A DNA stretch of 27,482 nucleotides from Tubiluchus corallicola (lineage: Eukaryota > Animalia > Priapulida), in NCBI GenBank assembly GCA_030141605.1, contig JAQGDQ010001732.1, positions 1 to 27,482 of the forward strand, given 5' to 3'. Positions within the stretch are counted from its first letter, which is position 1. Each line of letters opens with the position of its first letter. Under the pieces are notes generated by a model. That model was not told where the DNA came from. It saw only the letters and a list, made by a program, of their open reading frames with translations, and ran no database searches. This document shows, one piece after another, positions 1 through 8,727 of this stretch. A program made the position numbers and the translations under genes.

Positions 1-324
1 ACCAAAGCACAACTATTTGCCTTTAGCAGCGTAAGTTTTTATTAACTAACACTGATTGATCATCTCTGTAAAGTTTTCATCAGTGATTATCAATGTATTT
101 TAATGGCAAATAATGATTATTATTTATATATATATATATATACTTATTTTTTCAGCTACTGTTTTTAGGGTTAGGTATAAGATATTATATACGCATGATA
201 TGTAAGATAAAATTTTGTGTAAGATATACCACCTTTCTATTATAGGTTTTTGGAATAAATAAACAATAAAGTTTAATGTGACATACAGAGAGAATCGCTG
301 ATTTTTATGTTTCTCTTACACGAT

Positions 325-733
325 GAGGGGGCGTATTAATCAATAGGTTAACTAGGCATTACCTTAGGGTTGCCAGGGTTTGAGGGGCGCCACATTTTAG
401 AAGAAAAAAATTTCTCCTCGGAAAATGTGTAACTTTCATATTCATGTAAAGGGCGCATTTTATAACACACCACAGGCAGTTACTGAGTGGAATTGTTTAT
501 ATAAGTGACGCATAACGAGATACGAAACAATAAGCAGTTGGGCGTCTTGCTTGAATATAAGCTCTATGCAAACATATGTGCTTAATAATGACCATACTTG
601 GTTAATAGTGTATCTAATACACCACAAGTAGTTGTTTAATCTGATCATTACATAAACAACTATAAATTCACAATGGTGATGGGCGGGACAGAACTATCAG
701 CTTAGGGCGTCCTTAAGTCTTGATACACCTCTC
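325..733. mobile_element. Non-autonomous DNA transposon (MITE), hAT-like
   Basis: Imperfect terminal inverted repeats GAGGGGGCGTATTAA (325) and TTGATACACCTCTC (to 733). The flanks form a near-identical 8-bp duplication, TACACGAT (317-324) and TACATGAT (734-741), differing by one CpG-type transition. 8-bp TSDs are typical of hAT elements. No coding capacity. Confidence 0.55.
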
Positions 734-1847
734 TACATGATCGCACATGATGTCCGATCTAACTGCACCATTTTAAACAGTCCTTTGGGGCCATAATATA
801 TGTACTAATTGACTTTTTTTATAATCAGAGGCAAGCTTCAGGTAGCCATGTCATATTTATATGAGTGCTATTTGTGGAAGTTGGAATTGTACATTTTTAA
901 TTAGGTGCTGCCATCTATGAACTAATCCAGTTACCAGCTACTTACCCCCAGTATAATTGTACGGTCCAGTGAATGCATATTCACTGGATCTCTCCCTATT
1001 TTAAAGTAATGGTTTTTGTGAAGCCTTTGCAAGTTTGCATAGGACACCTACACCTATATATACTGACTGGATTTACTTTGTAGTCACTGTCTAACTCTCA
1101 GTGTTCAGTGCAGCAGTCATTCTACTCATGTGTATGTAGTTAATAAACACTTTTCTGTGCAAGTATGTAGTATAGTGTTTTATTCTTGTTCTACAAGTGA
1201 GTGATCTATAACTTGACTTTCACACTATTATCTTGATAACACCCTTGAGGGGTGTCCGCCTTACCTACACGTGTTTTATCTATTGTCAGACGACGACATA
1301 TGTTCTGATGAAAAATAATACCGTTATTTAAAGCAAAATAGGATCGAATCTTAAATTGTAGGTCAAAACAATCTACTCTTTAAAATATTAAAAGGAAGCG
1401 TATTGAAAAGAATGACTTACGTGAGAGAATTATTACCACACAAACACAATTTCGCATTGGCGCCACTAGTTCTTCGCATTTCATCATTCGCTAGTTAGAC
1501 GGGCGCTATCGCCTGCATTTCGGAAACGCATTGCACAGAAAACAGGTGTTGTACCTCTCAGTTCTGATGTGTTAGTTTCGACAGCTCATGCATGCGCATA
1601 GCGGTAAATTTGAATTTTTATCTTAAAACTGGCCTAGTTTTAGTACAACACACTGAATGTCTTACAGTAGCACTGTTCTTCAATTTTCGCTTTTGCAAAC
1701 ATGTGCAACACGCTTGTGGAATATTTTTGCTGTTGAAAATTATGTTCGTTTGTGATGTCATCAATAGTTATACTTGACTGCTTTTAATTAAGTTTTTATC
1801 TATTGTTTAACAACAGATATGAAGTTACAACATTTTATTTTTATTTT

Positions 1848-2675
1848 TTAACTATTGAAGATTTCGTAGTACATGTAATCAATCAAGACCGTTAAGCCTA
1901 ACAAAGTAGCTTTTAGATTAACATCTAAATCAACAGGAAAAGTTACTGCAAAACGATCAGCGCATGCGCACAACTCTCTGAAGCATCCAGTCCATTGTTT
2001 CGTGATTTTTCCCACATTTTGGTTGCCTTCCGTCGACGTGATGTTGTAAATAACATCTTTCCAGCAGCTGCACGTCCAGAAAGGACCTTGCACTCTGAGT
2101 ACCAGATCTCCCTGAGCATCGTGCACCATAAACTTGGGATATAAGAGAGATACGTCCTGTTGTATGCTGCCAATAACAGTTCCCGACGGTAAGGTAACTT
2201 CCATCTTTTGAAGGCAGCCATAACAACAAGCAGACTGGCAGCGTTGTGGTCGGAAAAGATGAAAAACTTTGCTACCAGAATTGTCCATGATGTTCATGTG
2301 AAATGCTCGACCGGGGCCGCAACATATACGATTACAGCACGATGTGTCTTCTGCTGCAAACAATATTTGCTGGCCCGAGTCGTTCATAATCACATACTTG
2401 TTCATAATGTCGCAAGCAGCAAAACCGACTAATGCTCTGTTGATCTGTTGACGCACGAAGACTTGACTCAACTGTGCAATATCAGCCAGACCTGGCGGAT
2501 ATCTGGGTTTGGCAACATCCGAGTACCTTGTCATTACCCAAGGTTCTCGTTGCAATTCCACATCTTCTTTCTCCGTTGTGTCGTCCCAAAACCGGACTTT
2601 GGACATTTGCACGCGGGTTTGATCCCTAAGAATGGATGATAAATGGATGAATGATTTACCAAAATGGTCGCGCAT
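1848..2675 (-). CDS. PLSCR: Phospholipid scramblase (PLSCR family), copy 1; single-exon CDS; true start uncertain (2675 or in-frame ATG at 2606)
   Basis: 275-aa ORF with scramblase hallmarks: YPPGL, NKY..N..GQ.I.FAAE, CCNRICCGPGRAF, Cys-rich RPQRCQSACCYGCLQ, GKITKQWTG, ADRFAVTFPVDLDVNLKA and a C-terminal hydrophobic helix LLGLTVLIDYMYYE. AATAAA lies immediately after the stop (1834-1845, minus strand). Confidence 0.95.
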   Translation of the reverse strand: MRDHFGKSFIHLSSILRDQTRVQMSKVRFWDDTTEKEDVELQREPWVMTRYSDVAKPRYPPGLADIAQLSQVFVRQQINRALVGFAACDIMNKYVIMNDSGQQILFAAEDTSCCNRICCGPGRAFHMNIMDNSGSKVFHLFRPQRCQSACCYGCLQKMEVTLPSGTVIGSIQQDVSLLYPKFMVHDAQGDLVLRVQGPFWTCSCWKDVIYNITSTEGNQNVGKITKQWTGCFRELCACADRFAVTFPVDLDVNLKATLLGLTVLIDYMYYEIFNS

Positions 2676-2774
2676 TCCATTTTTAAGTGTTTTAACAAAG
2701 GAGTAAATAGTACTAACATGTGAATATTGATAACATCTATATATTAATTCTACTGCTATGTTATATATAGATAG

Positions 2775-2777
<3 letters not shown>

Positions 2778-2834
<57 letters not shown>
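2778..2834. repeat. (TA)n microsatellite
   Basis: Pure TA run about 100 bp upstream of scramblase copy 1. Confidence 0.95.
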
Positions 2835-2837
<3 letters not shown>

Positions 2838-3548
2838 ATTCGAGGCTACAGCTTCGACGACGGCACCATTTGCGGCGATCTATACATCAAACGAAAGGTC
2901 TTGATCTAGTGTCATGCCATCGGGGGTTTATTTTTCGGGCCCACCGGGAGGAACGGGAGGGGGGGGGGCGAAAATTATTTATTATTTCTTCATACTTTAA
3001 GTTATTATTTCTTCATGATACGCTAACTGTATCTATACTAAAATTATATAAAGTTGTTATGCGTGTTTTTTGGCTCTATAGCTGTAATGTAATAGCTCTG
3101 TTTTGTACTTTTGCATTTTGTTGTTGTTATTTTTTGTATGTATATAATTATAGTATAATGTATATGTCAATAATAAAGTCTATATGTACCATTGAAGATT
3201 AGATTAAAACAATGCTGGACATATCGTGATCCATAAGAAAACAATGGAAGATTAGGATGGTTGTGTTTGGAATAAAACAGAAGTGAATGAAATGTACATT
3301 GATGTACGAAGTGACAAAGAGAGAAGAGCTGATGCAACAAACGTTAAATCACCACTTTTCGTTCAATAACGTGGTCCAGTTTTACCTTACCTATCTCAAT
3401 GCACCTGCACTACCATGTTAACAGTGTAGACGCCATTTTATGCTCATGCAATAGGTATCCACCTGGATTGTCAAACTTTGTAACTTAACATGGCCTTAGG
3501 AGAAAGATTAAACCGGTGGAGAAAATGTATTTTGGGTGAATACTTAGG

Positions 3549-3819
3549 TTAAACATAATTTATTATCGGATTGGATCAGACAGTTTGAACAACATGATTT
3601 ATAATCCTCACCACAAACTACTTTATACACTATTTACAAGAACATTTACAGTAAGAATAGGCTATAACTACACAAGCTGACAAGTTTTACTACAAGAATA
3701 CATTAGACGTTAGTAGAAAATGACGGTTAGAAAATATTAATGTACGATTATTTAAGATTGATGCATTTTATATTAGAAAAAACTACTGGAAGCGTTTAGT
3801 ACGTAATATAAAGTCATGT
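3549..3819 (-). repeat. Dispersed duplicate (~270 bp) of 10467-10751, the region just 3' of globin 1
   Basis: Colinear match from TTAAACATAATTTATT..GGATTGGATCAGACAGTTTG through AACTACTGGAAGCGTTTAG..ATAAAGTCATGT. Both copies carry a minus-strand AATAAA (3559-3564 and 10477-10482). Confidence 0.9.
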
Positions 3820-4961
3820 TACGGTTACATCAGTTAGCGGTCGGTTAAACGGTTACTAATCAACGTATTACGTACAGGTCCTTAGCAGCACTTACCACAG
3901 ACATGCATACATCAGGCAGACGTATTGCATTTAATTTATCAAACATAACAACCCTAGCTAGTTGATACAATGGGCAGTGCAACAAAAAGTGTTCAACAGA
4001 CTCAAATCGAAATCCACAGTGAATACTTTAGTTAGGCCTAAAATAAAAATGCGAATTTTGCTGACAGTTGTAAACTTTGTGAAAATTAATCAATAGCCTA
4101 TAATGCTAGAACGTCTCACAATAGTAAACACGGTGTATCTTGCTATAATTATGGCTCGTCTATATCCATGGCACGGGATGCCCACACTGTATCTCGACAC
4201 TAGGCGGAGGAGCTGCACAAGCAGCCAACGGCTAGAGGGCGGAGGAGGCCAAGTGACCCAACGGCCATGTGTAGAGGAGTAAACCTTCCAAATCAGGAGT
4301 GGAGCCCTGAAGGCGGACCAGTGCAGCATGCTCACTGACTCCGGCAGCTCCTGCAGCCAACCTGGTGACAAACGTATCGCTCCGCTTTCCTTTGGACTAC
4401 ACCAGGGAGGAAGAGAGGGGGTTCCTGTTGTCTGGGCAACTCAGGATCTCCATACACCTTGCCCAGGCGTGCGCCCTGGAGACGTTCAAGGATCGCACTG
4501 CTCAGCCACCGTCGACGCTGCAGCTCCATCAATGTGATCAATAACTGACTCTCTTGGCGCACACTCCATTGTCTTCCGAGACAGGAGGATGCCAACAATA
4601 TCCTTGACAACTAATTTCAGCGTATTTGGCACATTAATTATTCTTCCAACTTTTCTAATAAGAAGATTACTATATACGCATTACAAAAGGGAAATCGTTT
4701 ACGGGTACGTGCGACCAAAATAGCCCAGTAAAGGAATTCAAAAAATTCACAGGCCACCAGAAAGTGGATTCATAAAATTCTCCGTGTAGGATACAGTCGT
4801 TTATTTATGTGAATGGAAATGGTTTTTAGAACTTTCGTTGTTATGTAAATCATTTTTAATCTCAAATAAAACTTGTATTTACGCGGTACATTAAAAACTA
4901 TTAAAATTAAAAATGTGAAAATTTAATTTCTTCTGCTATGAGACATTTTTATTGCTGTTCT

Positions 4962-5684
4962 TTAGTTATTTGACTCGTAATACATGAAGTCTATAAGAAA
5001 AGTTAAACCTATTAAAGTTGCTTTAACATTAATGTCGGTATTGACAGGAAAAGTGATTTCAAAATTGTTAATACAGAAGCACAATTCGTTGACGGCGCCC
5101 GTCCATTGCTTCGTAATCTTTCCTATCTGCAATTCACCGTTTTCAGACAAAATATTGAAAATAACGTCCGTATAGCAACCGCAAGTCCAAAAAGGACCTT
5201 GTACTCTGTGCACCAAGTCTCCCGCTGCATTGTACACCCGAAATTTAGGATATAAGAAGGAGAATTCCTGTTCTATCCTGCCGGCGACCATCCCGTGCGG
5301 TGCTGTGACGATCATCTTTTGAAGACAGCAGTAACAGCAGAATGACTGGCAGCGCCACGGACGGTAAAAGTGAATAACTTGTGTGCCGATGTTATCCATG
5401 ACTATTATGTCAAAGGCACGCATTCGACCACACCACATTCGCTTGCAAATGGACGTTTCTTCTGCAGCAAAGAGAATAGGCTGGTTGGTGTTGTCCTTTA
5501 CAATGTATTTGTTATTTGTTTCAAAACCGGTGAAAACTTCCAGGAACTCGAACTGTTGTTCAACGAGCACCTGATCCAGTTGAGCCAGCTCTGCGAAATC
5601 AGGTGAATATCTTGACACATCTGAACAACCTGCCATTTCAGACCCTTGGAAAAACTGTGGTTGTTGTTCCACTGGCTTATCCAT
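4962..5684 (-). CDS. PLSCR: Phospholipid scramblase (PLSCR family), copy 2; single-exon CDS
   Basis: 240-aa ORF and the most canonical copy: LDQVLVEQQFEFLEVFTGFETNNKY, FAAEE, RPWRCQSFCCYCCLQ, GKITKQWTG, NNFEITFPVN, KATLIGLTFLIDFMYYE. AATAAA at 4948-4953 (minus), just after the stop. Confidence 0.96.
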   Translation of the reverse strand: MDKPVEQQPQFFQGSEMAGCSDVSRYSPDFAELAQLDQVLVEQQFEFLEVFTGFETNNKYIVKDNTNQPILFAAEETSICKRMWCGRMRAFDIIVMDNIGTQVIHFYRPWRCQSFCCYCCLQKMIVTAPHGMVAGRIEQEFSFLYPKFRVYNAAGDLVHRVQGPFWTCGCYTDVIFNILSENGELQIGKITKQWTGAVNELCFCINNFEITFPVNTDINVKATLIGLTFLIDFMYYESNN

Positions 5685-6092
5685 TGCCTTACCTTTGAAA
5701 ATTAGTTTTGTTCGGTTGAGGAGGTACCTGAGTTTTGGCTCCTAGCAAAAAATACACGCTGTAAGTAATCGTAAATCATATAGACGTAGCCCCTATTTGG
5801 ATGTGAGTTGGAGATGCTACCAAAAGTTTGAATTTAACATTACTAGGTTGGCAAGTGGAGATGAAAGGGATTTTTTAGGAGTTTCCTAAGGTGGAAATGT
5901 AGCAGAGTGGATCGCATAAAGTGTCAGATGAAATGAAACTTGGTGTGATAAAAAATGCTTAAATAAAATGAAGTGAAGATGATGTGAGATAAGATGATGC
6001 GATTGCTATTGGAGTGACAAAAGAAACTTACCGAGAGACTTAACAAGAGAAAAGAGTGGATAGTGGCGCAAAGCAAAGGAGAAGAGCAACCG

Positions 6093-6095
6093 AGT

Positions 6096-6138
<43 letters not shown>

Positions 6139-6620
6139 GAGAGGAGAGGAAAGAGAGAGTGGAAGAGAGATAGAGAGAGCGTGAGAGAGGGAGAAAGAGA
6201 GTGGGAGAGAGAAAGAGTGGAAGAGAGAAAGGGAAAGAAAGAGAGTGGGAGAGAGAGATTGGGAGAGAAAGAAAGTGGAAGAGAGTGGCGGAGAGAGAGA
6301 GAGAAAGAGTCGGAGAGAGAGAGTGGGAGAGAGAGACGGAAAGAGAGAGAAATGCAAAGAGATTGGGAGAGAGAGAGTGGCAGAGAGTGGCAGAGAAAGA
6401 GAGAGAAAGAGTCGGAGAGAGAGAGAGTGGGAGAGAGAGAGGGAAAGAGAGAGAAATGTACAGAGATTGGGAGAGAGAGTGAGTGGTAGAGAGTGGCAGA
6501 GAGAGAGAAAGAGAGAGAGGGAGAGAGTGGGGGAGAGAGTGAGAGAGAGTGGTAGAAAGTGGCAGAGAGAAAGAGAGAGAGGGAGAGAGTGGGGGAGAGA
6601 GTGAGAGAGAGTACGAGAAA
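6093..6620. repeat. Long degenerate (GA)n polypurine/polypyrimidine tract with GAGAGAGTGG sub-units
   Basis: About 530 bp, almost entirely purine on the + strand. It generates the spurious SL-rich and RE-rich ORFs in the track. Confidence 0.95.
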
Positions 6621-7147
6621 GGAAGAAAAGAAAGTAGAGGTCAGAGAAACGGAATGCTGAGCAGAAAAATGGAGAAGGGCAACATGAAACAGAAAGGGTA
6701 GACGAAGACAGAACAGCTGAATATGGAAAAGACAGAAACACAAGAGAGCAGTTGCGACTGGCTGCTGAGATACTGCAAAACTAGTAAGACGTAGTTGACT
6801 AAATGAATGATAGTCGCTTCAATGTTTATGTAAATATTATAGTATACAAATATATACTGAACACTTTATTTGCAGATTTAGTTTAACTGACGATGAGCAC
6901 GGATCCTATCCTCTTTCTGATCTTCGTAAGAGGGCTACGTGAAAAGTTAGAACTTCAGAAAGTTCATTTCAAGTTTGTTTATTTATTATTTACTTTGGTG
7001 ACATGCTCACGGATACAGTATTACTACTGAAGCCAGACGTAGATCACCCAGTCGAAATTTCACATGTATCAACCTCAAACAAAAAAAGAAACCCTTTTTA
7101 AATAATTATAAAATCTCTAAATTAACTTTATTTTCGCTTCTTAATCA

Positions 7148-8041
7148 CTAAAAATTCTCATAATACATGAAATCAATGAGAAAAGTTAAACCTAGCAACG
7201 TGGCTTTCACATAAGCGTCCATAGTGACAGGAAATGTAAGTGAAAAGTTGTCTGCGCAGACACACATCTCTCCAAAGCAACCCGACCAATGTTTAGTGAT
7301 CCTGCCGACCTCCTTTCCGCCATCTTGTGACAGAATGTAGAAAATAACATCTTTACGACAGCTGCAAGTCCACCAAGGACCTTCCACTCTAAGTACCAGG
7401 TCTCCTACTGCATTATACACCCTAAATTTGGGAAAAATAATCGAGACCTCCTGTTCTATGCTTCCGATGAGTGTTTCGGGTGGAACGGTGACCGTCATTT
7501 TTTGGAGGCAGCAAAAGCAGCATCGCTTGCAGCGGAGTGGACGATGAAGATGGATGACCTCCATACCGTGATTGTCACATATGGTGAACTTGAATGCTCG
7601 TCTAGCGCCACACAAGAAACGATTGATGCACGAAGAACGTTCATCTTCTGCAAAGAAGATCAGCTCCCCTTTTCTGTTCTGAACGATGAATCTTATCCTT
7701 CGGTCGAAACTGGTCAGAGATTCCAACACTTGCATCTCTTGATTTACCTGTAGCTGGTCAATCAGACAGAGACTGTCCACTCCCATCGGGTAGCTGCCAA
7801 GGTCAAGAAAAAAATCTGACTTTGATACACCATGTTTTGGTTGCTCTGTTACTGTTGTCGATGTGCTATATCTATCAGTGCTGTAACTGTAAGTGCTGTG
7901 TCTATCTGTGATGTAGCTATAACTGCTGTGCCTATCTGTGCTGTAGCTGCAAATGCAGCTCTCGTCTGTGCTGCATTCGTCTGTGCTATGTCCATCTGTG
8001 CTGTGTCTATCGATGCCGTCTCCTTTGCTGTAACCGCTCAT
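7148..8041 (-). CDS. PLSCR: Phospholipid scramblase (PLSCR family), copy 3, with a repetitive Ser/Thr/Asp/His/Tyr N-terminus; single-exon CDS
   Basis: 297-aa ORF: YPMGVDSL..IDQLQV, CINRFLCGARRAF, RPLRCKRCCFCCLQ, GRITKHWSG, ADNFSLTFPV, KATLLGLTFLIDFMYYE. AATAAA at 7127-7132 (minus). Confidence 0.95.
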   Translation of the reverse strand: MSGYSKGDGIDRHSTDGHSTDECSTDESCICSYSTDRHSSYSYITDRHSTYSYSTDRYSTSTTVTEQPKHGVSKSDFFLDLGSYPMGVDSLCLIDQLQVNQEMQVLESLTSFDRRIRFIVQNRKGELIFFAEDERSSCINRFLCGARRAFKFTICDNHGMEVIHLHRPLRCKRCCFCCLQKMTVTVPPETLIGSIEQEVSIIFPKFRVYNAVGDLVLRVEGPWWTCSCRKDVIFYILSQDGGKEVGRITKHWSGCFGEMCVCADNFSLTFPVTMDAYVKATLLGLTFLIDFMYYENF

Positions 8042-8383
8042 TTATGCATTGATAGATGAAATAGAACTAGAAGCACCTGGTTCAAACACTGAATGTAAAA
8101 ATAATTGTGAGAAAATTTCCGCAATTTACTCAACTTCCAGCTGTCATTCTATTGATAAACTATCTTTTCTAACATTTTTTACTATTTCTAAATAGGATAA
8201 TTAAAATTTTAACTCACTGTCTTTAATTCGTTCACCGTCAGCAAAACAACCCGAAATTTTAACACCAAATATGTTCTCTTTTCTATGGCTGCTGGTCTGT
8301 TTTAACTGCGGAATGATTTTACTGTAAACCAGCGCCATTTAACAAACTGGTAAGTAGCGCTGAAACAAACAAATGTTGAGGAC

Positions 8384-8397
8384 GTTGCCATGGCAAC
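8384..8397. promoter_or_regulatory. Perfect RFX X-box palindrome GTTGCCATGGCAAC
   Basis: Exact 14-bp consensus about 345 bp upstream of the scramblase-3 ATG. It may instead derive from a repeat. Confidence 0.45.
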
Positions 8398-8727
8398 ACG
8401 CGCCTTCAGTGAACACGTGAGCATGTCAACAAATGCAAATGTCACGTTCAAGTTGAAATGTTGGTCAAATGAACTCAAGATGGTGGAACAAAAATCTGAT
8501 TCCGTCAGTAGATTCAACATTTGCTCAAGTATATTCGTTTGCAACTTAATTCAAGATGGCAAATAAAAAACCCGACTGTGAATCATTTCAGAATTCATTC
8601 TAAATAATAATATCGTGTAAAGTTTCGTGACGATCCATTGTGAATTGAAGGAGCTTATCAGTCGGTGAGAAAATTGTTCTTGCATAAACCTAAAAAATTT
8701 CATCACTTTCACGGTGATCCATTGTAA

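Noticed and set aside
849-1241. Possible solo LTR (TG..CA ends, TATA-like at ~1054, AATAAA at 1142) containing a 10-bp-stem hairpin at 965-988
   Set aside because: No target-site duplication or second copy was found, the boundaries are arbitrary, and the hairpin lacks a Helitron-type CTRR end.
1943-2639. Short ORFs overlapping or antisense to the scramblase and globin CDSs
   Set aside because: Shadow ORFs of GC-richer coding sequence with no recognisable motifs.
6006-6743. 233-245 aa SL-rich ORFs and RE-rich + strand ORFs
   Set aside because: Translation artefacts of the GA/TC tract, open in nearly all frames.
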